The translations under genes were made by a program, and so were the position numbers. Of a stretch of DNA of 42,949 nt, positions 25,122 through 35,366 are shown in pieces. Each line of letters begins with the position of its first letter. Within the stretch, counting starts at the first letter, position 1. Under the pieces are notes generated by a model, which was not told where the DNA came from, ran no database searches, and saw only the letters and a program-made list of their open reading frames with translations. The stretch is from an uncultured Flavobacteriia bacterium (lineage in GTDB: Bacteria; Bacteroidota; Bacteroidia; Flavobacteriales_D; Crocinitomicaceae), in assembly GCA_903928365.1 (NCBI GenBank), contig CAIYQV010000190.1, forward strand, positions 1 through 42,949, written 5' to 3'.

Positions 25122-26918
25122 TTAATCATTCAATTTCAATACGGCCATAAATGCTTCCTGCGGCACTTCTACACGGCCAACTTGCCTCATTCGTTTCTTA
25201 CCTTCTTTCTGTTTTTCAAGGAGTTTGCGTTTCCTCGAAATATCTCCACCGTAACATTTTGCGGTTACATCTTTGCGCAAGGCTTTGATCGTTTCGCGCG
25301 CAATGACCTTCGCCCCAATGGCCGCCTGAATTGGAATTTCGAATTGTTGTCTTGGAATCAATTCTTTGAGTTTCACACAGATCTTTTTACCCAAATCATA
25401 GGCATTACTTCTGTGCACCAAGGCTGACAGTGCATCGAGTTGCTCGCCATTAAGCAGCATGTCCATGCGGATGAGGTCGGATTCCTTGTAGCCAATTGGA
25501 TGGTAATCAAAGGAAGCATAACCTCTGGAAACAGATTTCAATCTATCGTAAAAATCGAAAACGATCTCTGCAAGAGGCATTTCAAAGGTGATTTCAACAC
25601 GGTCTTGCGTTAGATATACCTGGTTCTTTAATTCACCACGCTTCTCGATACAAAGGGTCATGATCTGACCGATGTATTCTGATTTCGTGATGACTTGCGC
25701 TTTAATGTACGGTTCCTCAATACGGTCGATTCCCGCAGGATCAGGTAATTCAGAAGGGTTGTTTACGATCATTGCCAATTCCGGGTCCTTTCGCATGTAA
25801 CAGAAGTAAGATACGTTCGGCACCGTGGTGATCACGGTCATATTGAACTCGCGCTCGAGGCGTTCCTGAATGATCTCCATATGCAACATTCCCAGGAATC
25901 CACATCGGAAACCAAATCCCAAAGCTGCTGAAGATTCCGGTTCGAAGACCAATGAAGAATCGTTCAACTGCAATTTTTCCATGGAATAACGCAATTCTTC
26001 GTAGTCATCCGTTTCAACAGGATAAATACCTGCGAATACCATAGGCTTCACATCTTCGAAACCTTTGATGGCCGAGTCGCATGGGTTGTTTGCACTGGTT
26101 ATGGTGTCCCCTACTTTTACTTCATTCGCCTGCTTGATCCCTGAAATGATGTAACCCACATCTCCGGCTTTCACTTCGCTTTTCGGGCTGAGATCCATCT
26201 TAAGAATTCCGATCTCATCAGCATTATAATCTTTACCTGTATTGAAGAATTTTACTTTATCTCCTTTGCGGATGATTCCGTTTTTCACACGGTAGTAAGC
26301 AATAATTCCTCTGAAAGGATTAAATACCGAGTCAAAGATCATAGCTTGAAGTGGTGCTTTTTCGTCGCCAGTGGGTGCAGGGATGCGTTCAATCACCGCC
26401 TTCAGGATCGCATCTACTCCAAGCCCTGTTTTACCGGAAGCAGGGATCACTTCCGATGGATCGCATCCAATCAGATCAACGATCTGGTCTGTCACTTCCT
26501 CTGGCATAGCACCGGGCAAGTCCATTTTATTCAGTATGGGAATAATTTCCAAATCGTGCTCCAGAGCAAGATAAAGATTCGAAATGGTTTGTGCTTCGAT
26601 TCCCTGCGAAGCATCCACGATCAATAGCGCTCCTTCACAGGCTGCGATAGAGCGCGACACTTCATAAGAAAAATCTACGTGTCCGGGAGTATCGATGAGG
26701 TTCAGAATATATTCCTGTCCCTCGTATTTATAGTTCATCTGAATGGCGTGACTCTTGATCGTAATTCCGCGTTCACGTTCCAGATCCATATCGTCCAGTG
26801 CCTGAGCCTGCATTTCCCTGTCTGAAATGGTACCTGTAGTTTGCAGCAATCGGTCTGCGAGTGTACTTTTTCCATGGTCGATGTGAGCAATAATGCAAAA
26901 GTTGCGGATCTGTTTCAT
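25122..26918 (-). CDS. lepA: Translation elongation factor 4
   Basis: ATG 26918 ([24 protein letters not shown]). GTPase motifs [18 protein letters not shown]. LepA-specific C-terminal domain. Confidence 0.97.
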   Translation of the reverse strand: MKQIRNFCIIAHIDHGKSTLADRLLQTTGTISDREMQAQALDDMDLERERGITIKSHAIQMNYKYEGQEYILNLIDTPGHVDFSYEVSRSIAACEGALLIVDASQGIEAQTISNLYLALEHDLEIIPILNKMDLPGAMPEEVTDQIVDLIGCDPSEVIPASGKTGLGVDAILKAVIERIPAPTGDEKAPLQAMIFDSVFNPFRGIIAYYRVKNGIIRKGDKVKFFNTGKDYNADEIGILKMDLSPKSEVKAGDVGYIISGIKQANEVKVGDTITSANNPCDSAIKGFEDVKPMVFAGIYPVETDDYEELRYSMEKLQLNDSSLVFEPESSAALGFGFRCGFLGMLHMEIIQERLEREFNMTVITTVPNVSYFCYMRKDPELAMIVNNPSELPDPAGIDRIEEPYIKAQVITKSEYIGQIMTLCIEKRGELKNQVYLTQDRVEITFEMPLAEIVFDFYDRLKSVSRGYASFDYHPIGYKESDLIRMDMLLNGEQLDALSALVHRSNAYDLGKKICVKLKELIPRQQFEIPIQAAIGAKVIARETIKALRKDVTAKCYGGDISRKRKLLEKQKEGKKRMRQVGRVEVPQEAFMAVLKLND

Positions 26919-26985
26919 AATTCGTTCCTCTCTGGGATGATGTGATGAGTTACAAAGGTATACAAAATAGCCGGGGTATAAAATA

Positions 26986-27012
26986 GGAAAGAGGGGCAGA
27001 ACCCCTCTCTCC
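26986..27012. other. Strong GC hairpin about 70 nt upstream of the lepA start
   Basis: GGAAAGAGGGG (26986-26996), loop cagaa, CCCCTCTCTCC (27002-27012), 10 of 11 positions paired. On the minus strand it is followed by tattttata. Confidence 0.5.
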
Positions 27013-27271
27013 AAAACCTAAACTACTACTACTTATGAAAACTAACTTTACAAGGTTGGAATTTCAAATCGTGTGCCACGTTTTTCAGTTCCCTTGCGCT
27101 GCTCAGTTAATTATTAAACGAAGGTCATTTTGAAAAATTACATTCGTTCGGTCATTTTAACGTTTATTTAGAAGTAAGGGTTGGCGCTATTCTACTTATT
27201 AACATTACACGTTGTTTAATTTTTTGAATCCATTTGATTCTTTTTCATGTCCTTGTGTAATTTCGTATCGT

Positions 27272-28162
27272 ATGGCTTCAGGAGTAGAAAAATACAGCAA
27301 ACGCGGTGTACGAACAAGTTATGTGTCGACGGTATTAGGAATTTCATTGGTGTTGTTCATGATCGGTTTAGTCATGGGTGGTGTCATTGGATTAAAGAAT
27401 GTAGAGAAACAGGCGAAAGAATCTTTGCAGGGTGACTTGTTCTTTAAACCTCAGTTAAATTCAGCGGATATCAAACAGATCGAACAAGAACTAAAGACCT
27501 GGGGCCAGTTCAAGGAGGTGTTTTTCGTTTCACCCGATCGTGCCATCGAAGAATTCAGCGGAACGGATCAGAATGCCGACCAGATCCTCAGTGTCTTTGA
27601 AGGAGACAACCCTCTGCCCCCAACGGTGGGATTCAAGCCGAAAGCCGAATTTGCCACCAAAGAGGGAATGGCAAAGATCAAGAAAGCGTTGCTGAAGGCA
27701 TATCCCGATCAGATCGATGAAGTGAATTATGACAAGTCAAGTGTGGAAACGGTCAGCCTCGGTTTCGGGCAGTTTGTCTTTTTGTTTCTGGTCGTGGCTT
27801 TATTACTGATCGTCGTGGCAGTAGCCATGATTAATAATACTATTCGACTGGCTTTGTATTCGAAACGTTTTACCATTAAAACCATGCAGTTGGTGGGAGC
27901 AACATCAACCTACATCCGTCGGCCCTTCTTGCGTCAGTCTATTTTGCAGGGAATCATTTCTTCCTTGATCGGACTCGCCTTACTTATGACCTTATTCTTT
28001 GCGCTCAACAATACGCTTGAATCATTGGAAATCTCCTTTACAGCCGAAGGGTTGGGTATTTTGATCGGTTCCGTTTTTGTCTCAGGAATACTTCTAACAC
28101 TGGTTTCCACATGGATCGCTCTTAACAAGTATTTGCGAATGAAGTTGGACGATTTGTATTAA
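27272..28162 (+). CDS. ftsX: Cell division protein FtsX-like permease
   Basis: ATG 27272 (MASGVEKYSKRGVRTSYVST). TM1, then a ~120-aa external domain, then three C-terminal TM helices of the FtsX-like permease fold. Confidence 0.85.
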   Translation: MASGVEKYSKRGVRTSYVSTVLGISLVLFMIGLVMGGVIGLKNVEKQAKESLQGDLFFKPQLNSADIKQIEQELKTWGQFKEVFFVSPDRAIEEFSGTDQNADQILSVFEGDNPLPPTVGFKPKAEFATKEGMAKIKKALLKAYPDQIDEVNYDKSSVETVSLGFGQFVFLFLVVALLLIVVAVAMINNTIRLALYSKRFTIKTMQLVGATSTYIRRPFLRQSILQGIISSLIGLALLMTLFFALNNTLESLEISFTAEGLGILIGSVFVSGILLTLVSTWIALNKYLRMKLDDLY

Positions 28163-28171
28163 TTTCGTGAT

Positions 28172-28432
28172 ATGGAAGTAAAAAAAGAACAGCATTCAGG
28201 GGAAAACCCAAAGTTCGGTTTTAAAGCAGCAAATTACCGTTTGCTTTTAATAGGATTAGTGATCAATGTTATTGGTTTCATATTAATGATCGGGGGCGCC
28301 TCTCAGGATCCGGATAAATTTGATGCGAATGAATTGTTCAGCACACAACGAATCACACTTGCACCTATTTTGATCGTAGCAGGATATATTGTTATCCTAT
28401 ACTCGATCATGAAACGCCCGAAAAACGCCTAA
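28172..28432 (+). CDS. DUF3098-like small membrane protein
   Basis: 86 aa, two TM helices. The FGFKAANYRLLLIGLVINVIGFILMIGG pattern and its position between ftsX and uppP are typical for Bacteroidota. Confidence 0.7.
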   Translation: MEVKKEQHSGENPKFGFKAANYRLLLIGLVINVIGFILMIGGASQDPDKFDANELFSTQRITLAPILIVAGYIVILYSIMKRPKNA

Positions 28433-28433
28433 A

Positions 28434-29243
28434 ATGGATTTGATCCAGGCCATTATACTGGCAATCGTGGAGGGACTTACAGAGTTTCTTCCGGTATCTT
28501 CTACAGCTCACATGATTTTCACCAGTGCAGCTTTCCAGACGGAAGGAGATGCGTTTGTCAAAATGTTTCAGGTTTCCATTCAGTTTGGTGCTATTCTCGC
28601 CGTATTGGTCCTTTACACAAAGAAATTCTTCAATTTTCGTTCGGTACAATTTTATGTCAAATTGGCTTTCGCTGTTATTCCAGCGTTGGTTCTTGGGAAA
28701 TTGTTTGACGATAAAATTGAAGCAATACTTGAGAAACCCATTCCTATTGCGATTGCGCTCGTCGTTGGCGGTGTAATCCTACTATTTATCGATAAGCTGT
28801 TTCGTGATCCAGTCATCTTTGAAGAAGAGAAACTGAGTATTCGAAAAGCGGTGACTATCGGTTTTTGGCAATGCCTCGCCATGATGCCCGGAACAAGTCG
28901 CTCCGCAGCATCTATCATTGGCGGAATGCAACAAGGACTGTCACGTAAGCTGGCAGCCGAATTTTCCTTTTTTCTGGCTGTTCCGACGATGTTGGCAGTT
29001 ACGTGTTATTCAATTTTTCTGAAAGACTGGAATTATCAGGGTAAAGAACAGCATGGTTATGAAATGATCATGAGTTCATCGGATAACATATTGTATTTTG
29101 CACTTGGAAATATCATTGCTTTTTTAGTTGCCGTATTTGCCATCAAATTCTTTATTGGAATCATTGAAAAATATGGCTTCCGCATCTGGGGATGGTACCG
29201 AATTCTTGCCGGAATTATTTTATTGATCCTCTTTTCTATCTGA
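28434..29243 (+). CDS. uppP: Undecaprenyl-diphosphate phosphatase
   Basis: Motifs EGLTEFLPVSSTAHM and PGTSRSAASIIGG; multi-pass membrane protein. Confidence 0.93.
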   Translation: MDLIQAIILAIVEGLTEFLPVSSTAHMIFTSAAFQTEGDAFVKMFQVSIQFGAILAVLVLYTKKFFNFRSVQFYVKLAFAVIPALVLGKLFDDKIEAILEKPIPIAIALVVGGVILLFIDKLFRDPVIFEEEKLSIRKAVTIGFWQCLAMMPGTSRSAASIIGGMQQGLSRKLAAEFSFFLAVPTMLAVTCYSIFLKDWNYQGKEQHGYEMIMSSSDNILYFALGNIIAFLVAVFAIKFFIGIIEKYGFRIWGWYRILAGIILLILFSI

Positions 29244-29932
29244 TGGATTTTCTGGAAGGCACAACCTTACTCGTAGATAAACCCTACGAATGGACGTCAT
29301 TCGATGTGGTAAACAAGTTGCGCTGGAATATCAAGCAGCACTTTAACCTTAAAAAGGTAAAAGTCGGACATGCAGGCACCCTGGATCCGTTGGCCACAGG
29401 ACTACTGGTGATTTGCGTAGGTAAGCACACCAAGAAGATCGATGAATACATGGTAGGTAAAAAGGAGTACACAGGGACCATTCTTCTGGGCAAAACGACC
29501 CCTTCGTATGATCTTGAAACACCTTTTGATCGTGAAAGTTCTACTGAAGGGATTACCTCCGAAAAAATCATTGAAGCGGCCTCTCATTTGACAGGGATGA
29601 TTCAGCAGGTGCCTCCTGTTTTTTCGGCTAAGCAGGTCGATGGAAAACGTGCGTATGATCTCGCAAGAGAAGGCAAACCGGTCGAATTAAAATCAAACAT
29701 GGTTCAAGTGGATGTGTTTGAAATAGATGTAACACGGTTTCCGGAAGTAGATTTTCGCATTGTATGTTCCAAGGGGACCTACATTCGCTCCCTTGCGCAC
29801 GACATGGGTCAGGCACTTGGCTGTGGTGGCACCTTGATCGCATTACGACGCACAAAATCAGGTGATTTTTCGATTGCGGATGCCCTTCAAGTAGAGGATT
29901 GTATCGCTCATATTCGCGCTCTTCCGAAATGA
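29243..29932 (+). CDS. truB: tRNA pseudouridine(55) synthase
   Basis: ATG 29243 overlaps the uppP TGA. LLVDKPYEWTSFDVV, catalytic-Asp motif GHAGTLDPLATGLL, GTYIRSLAHD. Confidence 0.93.
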   Translation: MDFLEGTTLLVDKPYEWTSFDVVNKLRWNIKQHFNLKKVKVGHAGTLDPLATGLLVICVGKHTKKIDEYMVGKKEYTGTILLGKTTPSYDLETPFDRESSTEGITSEKIIEAASHLTGMIQQVPPVFSAKQVDGKRAYDLAREGKPVELKSNMVQVDVFEIDVTRFPEVDFRIVCSKGTYIRSLAHDMGQALGCGGTLIALRRTKSGDFSIADALQVEDCIAHIRALPK

Positions 29933-29959
29933 ATGCTTGACAAGGCCTCTTTCATATTG

Positions 29960-29967
29960 TATCTTTG
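29960..29967 (+). promoter_or_regulatory. Bacteroidota promoter upstream of queA (-7 box TATCTTTG, -33 TTG at 29937-29939)
   Basis: Exact TAnnTTTG match. The TTG lies 28 nt upstream measured G to G, close to the expected ~26. Confidence 0.5.
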
Positions 29968-29992
29968 CACTCCAAAAAAATAAATCGTCCTT

Positions 29993-31051
29993 ATGAGTAA
30001 AATGAAACTTTCCGATTTCAGCTTCCATTTACCGGAAGAACTGATCGCGGAATATCCTAGTGAAAATCGCGATGAAGCGCGCCTGATGGTGATCCACCGT
30101 GAATCTGGAAAGATCGAACATAAATTGTTTAAGGACATTATCAATTACTTCTCGGACGGAGATGTGATGATCATGAACAATACACGCGTATTTCCAGCAC
30201 GTATGTATGGAAATAAAGAAAAGACAGGTGCGAAGATCGAAGTATTTCTGCTGCGAGAATTGAATCGTGAAAGTTTACTTTGGGATGTTTTGGTTGATCC
30301 TGCGCGTAAGATCCGTATCGGAAATAAATTGTATTTCGGAGATGATGATTCACTGGTGGCAGAAGTGATTGACAATACCACATCTCGCGGGCGCACACTT
30401 CGTTTCCTTTTTGATGGTCCTTATGAAGAATTCAAGGCGAAGATCACCGAATTAGGTGAAACACCGCTTCCAAAGTATATCAAACGCGAGGTTGAACCAC
30501 AGGACGAGGATCGTTACCAAACCATTTTCGCGAAAGTGGAAGGAGCTGTGGCAGCACCAACTGCCGGACTGCATTTCTCTCGTGAGTTGATGAAACGTCT
30601 TGAATTAAAAGGAGTCAATTTTGCTGAGGTGACACTACATGTTGGTTTGGGAACATTTAGACCTGTAGAGGTGGAAGATCTTACGAAACATAAAATGGAT
30701 TCAGAACAGGTGATCATCACTGAGAAATGCTCTGAGATCGTGAACGAAGCTAAGCGAAATAAACGTCGTGTATGTGCTGTGGGTACTACTTCCATGCGTT
30801 CCATCGAAACATCCGTGTCTACGGATGGGATGCTTAAGCCATATGATGGGTGGACGAATAAGTTCATTTTCCCTCCTTATGATTTCAGTGTTGCGGATTG
30901 TTTGATCACTAATTTCCACACACCGCTATCCACCTTGCTAATGATGATTTCTGCATTCTGTGGACATGATCTGATGATGGAAGCATACAAGCAGGCGGTA
31001 GATGAGAAATACCGATTCTACTCTTATGGTGACGCGATGTTGATCATCTGA
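29993..31051 (+). CDS. queA: S-adenosylmethionine:tRNA ribosyltransferase-isomerase
   Basis: [40 protein letters not shown]. The start could instead be ATG 30002. Confidence 0.95.
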   Translation: MSKMKLSDFSFHLPEELIAEYPSENRDEARLMVIHRESGKIEHKLFKDIINYFSDGDVMIMNNTRVFPARMYGNKEKTGAKIEVFLLRELNRESLLWDVLVDPARKIRIGNKLYFGDDDSLVAEVIDNTTSRGRTLRFLFDGPYEEFKAKITELGETPLPKYIKREVEPQDEDRYQTIFAKVEGAVAAPTAGLHFSRELMKRLELKGVNFAEVTLHVGLGTFRPVEVEDLTKHKMDSEQVIITEKCSEIVNEAKRNKRRVCAVGTTSMRSIETSVSTDGMLKPYDGWTNKFIFPPYDFSVADCLITNFHTPLSTLLMMISAFCGHDLMMEAYKQAVDEKYRFYSYGDAMLII

Positions 31052-31080
31052 TCACAAAGAAAAATAAATTGAAACCGGAG

Positions 31081-31107
31081 AAAGGGAGGCGACGCTTCCC
31101 TTTTTCT
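31081..31107 (+). terminator. Intrinsic terminator after queA
   Basis: AAAGGGAGG (31081-31089), loop cgacg, CTTCCCTTT (31095-31103) with one G-T pair, then tt. It abuts the stop of the convergent GT2 gene. Confidence 0.6.
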
Positions 31108-31816
31108 ATTTAACGAAGCGGTATTTGAAAATGCAGAATATAGCGCGGAATCCGTCTTTCCATCCGATCTTTTTCCCTTCCTCGTAGGTCCGACCGTAAT
31201 AAGAGATGCCCACCTCGTAAATTCGAATTTTGGGTTTTCTGGCAAGTTTCGCAGTGATCTCAGGTTCAATACCAAATCTGCGCTCCGTGATGTTGATGTC
31301 TTTTGCTATGGAGCTTCGTATAAGCTTATAACACGTTTCCATGTCTGTTAAATTCAGATTGGTCATCATGTTGGAAAGAAAAGTCAGGAACTTATTTCCG
31401 ATAGAATGCCAGAAGAAAAGGATGCGGTGTGGGTGATGACCAATAAAGCGGGAACCATAAACCACATCCGCATTATCCATGAAAACAGGTTTAAGTAACA
31501 GATTGTATTCCTGAGGATCGTATTCCAGGTCTGCATCCTGAATGATGAGGTAGTCACCGGAACATTCTTTTATTGCTCTGTTGATTGCGGCGCCTTTACC
31601 CATGTTCTTTTCTTGTGAGAACAAGCAAATATTCATTTCAGGATTGGCCGCCATAAACTCCTGTGCCTTTTCGATTGTTTTATCCCTTGAACAGTCATTG
31701 ACAATGACGATCTCCTTCGTAACACCATGATCCAGCTCCACTTCCTTTACTTTTTGAAGAATTGTTTGGATCGTCTGCTCTTCGTTGTATGCAGGAATCA
31801 GAATGGATAATTTCAT
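31106..31816 (-). CDS. Family 2 glycosyltransferase (polyprenol-phosphate sugar transferase-like)
   Basis: LSILIPAYNEEQTI, VNDCSRDKT, and a DxD motif in IIQDADLEYDP. Confidence 0.85.
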   Translation of the reverse strand: MKLSILIPAYNEEQTIQTILQKVKEVELDHGVTKEIVIVNDCSRDKTIEKAQEFMAANPEMNICLFSQEKNMGKGAAINRAIKECSGDYLIIQDADLEYDPQEYNLLLKPVFMDNADVVYGSRFIGHHPHRILFFWHSIGNKFLTFLSNMMTNLNLTDMETCYKLIRSSIAKDINITERRFGIEPEITAKLARKPKIRIYEVGISYYGRTYEEGKKIGWKDGFRAIFCIFKYRFVK

Positions 31817-31917
31817 TTTAGCTTTCTCTTGGAGTCATACAAAAGTATAAAAGTTAATGGATTAGGTAAAGTAAGAAGAAAGGAGCTGAATCCCGCAACC
31901 GTTCCATGTATAATTGT

Positions 31918-31925
31918 TATTTTTG
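31918..31925 (+). promoter_or_regulatory. Bacteroidota -7 box TATTTTTG upstream of cyoE
   Basis: Exact TAnnTTTG match 17 nt upstream of ATG 31942. No clear -33 TTG. Confidence 0.35.
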
Positions 31926-31941
31926 CAGCATAAAATAAGAC

Positions 31942-32835
31942 ATGGAGGTCACCACCGAAAAGCGCTCCGGTTCAGGTAAACTAAAGTCCTATCTGATCTT
32001 TACCAAGTTCAGGCTTTCCTCACTTGTCATCCTTTCTGCTTTGTCAGGTTATTTATTTGCCGGTGGAACTGATGGTTTGACGGTAACGTATCTTATGTTG
32101 GGCGGACTTCTTGTTACCGCTGCATCGAATGGTGCCAATCAGATCTGGGAGAGAGACCTGGATAAGTTGATGAAACGCACTGAAAAGAGACCTATTCCAA
32201 CTGATCAGATGAGTTTAACAGAGGCGTACGCTATTGTAGTTTTTTGTCTTATTTCTGGATCAACGCTGCTTTTTCTGATTAATTTATATTCGGCACTGCT
32301 GGGAATAGCTGCATTTGCTTCCTATGTGTTTGTTTATACTCCGCTTAAACGTGTTACACCATGGGCTGTTTTTGTCGGGGCATTTCCGGGAGCAATCCCG
32401 CCTATGCTGGGAGCTATTGCCCACACGAATGATTTTGGGTTGCTTCCGGGCGTATTGTTTTTTGTGCAATTTGTGTGGCAGTTTCCACATTTCTGGGCGA
32501 TTGCCTGGGTGGTCTTTGATGACTATAAGGCAGGTGGATTCTCTTTATTGCCCGCGGCAGATGGCAGATCAAAGTCCTCAGCTTTTCAGATCATGGTCTA
32601 CTCGCTGGCATTGATCCCGTTCAGTTTGTTGCCATGGTTACTCGGATGGACTGGCACGGTGACGCTTGTTGTAGCGTCTCTCTGTAGTGCACTTTTCTTC
32701 CAATATGCTTACAGATTGTATCATTCGTGTGAAACTTCAGATGCGCGTAAACTCATGTTCGCTTCATTTGTTTATTTACCGATCATACAATTTGTGTATG
32801 TCTTCGATAAGGTTGAAAGTATTATTCCAAAATAA
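31942..32835 (+). CDS. cyoE: Protoheme IX farnesyltransferase (heme O synthase)
   Basis: UbiA-type prenyltransferase with ~9 TM helices and motif NQIWERDLDKLMKRTEKRPIP. Heads the oxidase accessory cluster. Confidence 0.9.
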   Translation: MEVTTEKRSGSGKLKSYLIFTKFRLSSLVILSALSGYLFAGGTDGLTVTYLMLGGLLVTAASNGANQIWERDLDKLMKRTEKRPIPTDQMSLTEAYAIVVFCLISGSTLLFLINLYSALLGIAAFASYVFVYTPLKRVTPWAVFVGAFPGAIPPMLGAIAHTNDFGLLPGVLFFVQFVWQFPHFWAIAWVVFDDYKAGGFSLLPAADGRSKSSAFQIMVYSLALIPFSLLPWLLGWTGTVTLVVASLCSALFFQYAYRLYHSCETSDARKLMFASFVYLPIIQFVYVFDKVESIIPK

Positions 32836-32841
32836 GTTGCC

Positions 32842-33903
32842 ATGAAAAGAGATTACAGCAAAGAACTCGCGCCTGAGGTTCGTGAGAAAATGAAGAAGAA
32901 TCTCGTTTACGTCGGGATTTTTAGTATTGTAATGATGTTTGCCGGATTTACTTCGGCCTATATTGTGTCGATGGGAGATTCGTTCTGGCTGAAGTACCCA
33001 TTGCCACCAGCTTTCTTGGTGAGTACTGCAGTTATTGTGTTAAGCAGTCTTTTTCTGGAGTTGGGTATTCGGGCTGCTAAAAGAGACGCATTTTCAAATC
33101 TGAAATTGTTTATTTCTCTGACCTTTCTTTCCGGACTGGCTTTTATCTATTTTCAATTCAATGGCTATAAGCAACTTGTTGATTTTGGAGCCCATGCAGC
33201 AAACAACCACATTATCGTTACGGATGGTAAATATGGTGATTACTATGAGATCAAAATGAATGGAAAATTCGTCGATGTAAATGGGAATGACTACTTGCTT
33301 GATGGAAAGAAGATCTCAGACACACAAATGAAAGCGCTTCAGCAATTCACGAAGAAATTTTTATCCTTAGAAAGAAACAAACCATACAATGTTGCTGCTG
33401 ATTATGGCAAAGAATTCATTTTGTACTACGAGTCTCAGCCACTGGGATTGATCAACGGGAAATTGACAACGCCTGATGGGAAAGAATTGCAGTATGTGGA
33501 TTTGATGCGTTTGAGAGATCTTGCTGTGAATATCCGTGACGGACGAGGCGATTTCTTTGTTAAAGGTCAAATGGGTAAGGATTTTCATATTTACTTCAAG
33601 GGCAAAGAATTAGAATACAAGAATCGTGAATTGCATTATCAGGGGAAGAAACTGTCGAGATACTTGCAGATCAAAGCAATGGAAACAGCCGATACGGCCA
33701 CTTCTTATTTGTACATCATCACGTTCTTACATTTGTTACACATTTTGGTGACCATGATCTACATGTCAAAAATGACAATAGGTTCATTTTCAGGAAGATT
33801 TAATTCTCAAGAAAATTTAAGCCTGAGACTTGGAGCAATCTTCTGGCACTTTTTGGGACTATTGTGGCTCTATTTGTTGCTTTTTTTACTTTTTATTCAT
33901 TAA
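32842..33903 (+). CDS. Cytochrome c oxidase subunit III-like protein with a large hydrophilic insertion
   Basis: CoxIII-like helices (FQFNGYKQL, TFLHLLHILVTMIY, IFWHFLGLLWLYLLLF) interrupted by about 170 hydrophilic residues (aa ~115-285). Confidence 0.65.
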   Translation: MKRDYSKELAPEVREKMKKNLVYVGIFSIVMMFAGFTSAYIVSMGDSFWLKYPLPPAFLVSTAVIVLSSLFLELGIRAAKRDAFSNLKLFISLTFLSGLAFIYFQFNGYKQLVDFGAHAANNHIIVTDGKYGDYYEIKMNGKFVDVNGNDYLLDGKKISDTQMKALQQFTKKFLSLERNKPYNVAADYGKEFILYYESQPLGLINGKLTTPDGKELQYVDLMRLRDLAVNIRDGRGDFFVKGQMGKDFHIYFKGKELEYKNRELHYQGKKLSRYLQIKAMETADTATSYLYIITFLHLLHILVTMIYMSKMTIGSFSGRFNSQENLSLRLGAIFWHFLGLLWLYLLLFLLFIH

Positions 33904-33925
33904 ACTTGCATAAAAATTTTTTGTA

Positions 33926-34951
33926 ATGGCAGGACACGCTACTCAACAAATTGATGCCAGTACCCTGTGGGGAGGTAAGATTTCTCCGTTCAGTACCAGC
34001 TATGGTAAACTGATGATGTGGTTCTTTCTGGTTTCCGATGCATTGACATTCGGAGGACTTCTTGTGGCATACGGATTTACTAGACATGATGCGCAGGATG
34101 CGTGGCCAATTGGTGAAGAAACGTTCAACTCCATGCCTTTTTTAGGTCATGGTTATCCGCTTTTGTATGTTGCCTTGATGACCTTTATCCTAATCGTTTC
34201 TTCGGTTACAATGGTATTGGCAGTTGAAGCAGGACATCGTCTGGATAAAAAAGGAGTGATCAAATGGATGATCGCTACGATCATCGGTGGGTTCTTCTTC
34301 GTAGGATCCCAAGCGTGGGAATGGAGTCACTTTATTCACGGTTCGGAGTTCGGTAAAGTAGAATTGGCGGATGGATCACAGGCGATTGTGAAAGGCCATT
34401 TCGGAGAATTGCAAAACTTTACAGTTCTTGAAGCAGGAAAACATCACAAAAAAGGGGATGTGATCAAGGAAGACTTGATGCATGAGTTCCAGCATGCCGT
34501 TGAAAAAGGCCATATTAAAGATGGTAAAATCACCCTGCATGACGGAAGTATTGCGAAAGTAAACAAGGCAGCTGATGAGCATATGACCCTGATTGTCAAG
34601 AAAGATGGAAAATCCCACAAAGTAGGCGATCGTATCGAAGGTAAAGCGGCTTGTGATATGTATTACGATGCAATTAACAGCGGACAATCTGGAAGAATCA
34701 TTTACGGAGCCAATTTGAAGCAGAATGAATACGGTCCGCAACAATATGGTCAGTTCTTCTTTTTTATTACAGGTTTCCACGGTTTCCACGTATTCTCAGG
34801 AGTAGTGATCAATATCATTATCCTGTTGGGAGTTGTGGCAGGAACGTATCACAAAAGAGGACATTATGAAATGGTAGAGAAGACTGGTTTGTACTGGCAC
34901 TTCGTAGACCTTGTTTGGGTATTCGTATTTACCTTCTTCTATCTTATATAA
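33926..34951 (+). CDS. Cytochrome c oxidase subunit III with hydrophilic insertion
   Basis: SQAWEWSHF, ITGFHGFHVFSGV, LYWHFVDLVWVFVF are classical CoxIII motifs. A ~135-aa insertion at aa ~138-272. Confidence 0.85.
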   Translation: MAGHATQQIDASTLWGGKISPFSTSYGKLMMWFFLVSDALTFGGLLVAYGFTRHDAQDAWPIGEETFNSMPFLGHGYPLLYVALMTFILIVSSVTMVLAVEAGHRLDKKGVIKWMIATIIGGFFFVGSQAWEWSHFIHGSEFGKVELADGSQAIVKGHFGELQNFTVLEAGKHHKKGDVIKEDLMHEFQHAVEKGHIKDGKITLHDGSIAKVNKAADEHMTLIVKKDGKSHKVGDRIEGKAACDMYYDAINSGQSGRIIYGANLKQNEYGPQQYGQFFFFITGFHGFHVFSGVVINIIILLGVVAGTYHKRGHYEMVEKTGLYWHFVDLVWVFVFTFFYLI

Positions 34952-34972
34952 TTTACATTAAATCTGTCTATC

Positions 34973-35362
34973 ATGGAAAGAGACGATATCATAGAATACT
35001 CTTTGAATCAAGATGCAAATGGAAATGCAATTCCATTGCATGATGAAGAAGCAGGGAAAGGTATTCGCAAGAAAATTTTGAAGGTAACTTTATTGCTTAC
35101 TATCATCACCGTCGTTGAAGTTGGGATGGGAGCATATATTAAACAAGGAACATCCATCTGGCCGATCGTAAAATGGTCGTTTGTTGTAATGACACTTGTA
35201 AAAGCAGCTTATATTGTATTGGTGTTTATGCACCTTGGGGATGAGAAAAAATCAATGAAGTATGTTATTCTCGTGCCTTACATCATGTTTGTTTTGTACC
35301 TCATATTCATTGCTCTTACAGAAGCATTAGCAGTAGGAAATTCCTGGTTTACCTACGGATAG
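34973..35362 (+). CDS. Cytochrome c oxidase subunit IV-family small membrane protein
   Basis: 129 aa, three TM helices, segment AAYIVLVFMHLGDEK typical of prokaryotic COX4-like proteins. Position follows CoxIII. Confidence 0.6.
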   Translation: MERDDIIEYSLNQDANGNAIPLHDEEAGKGIRKKILKVTLLLTIITVVEVGMGAYIKQGTSIWPIVKWSFVVMTLVKAAYIVLVFMHLGDEKKSMKYVILVPYIMFVLYLIFIALTEALAVGNSWFTYG

Positions 35363-35366
35363 ACCC

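Noticed and set aside
27272-28432. ftsX without an adjacent ftsE, followed by a tiny DUF3098-like gene, considered as an anomaly.
   Set aside because: As far as I recall, the ftsX-DUF3098-uppP-truB arrangement without ftsE is the normal conserved layout in Bacteroidota, so it is not unusual.
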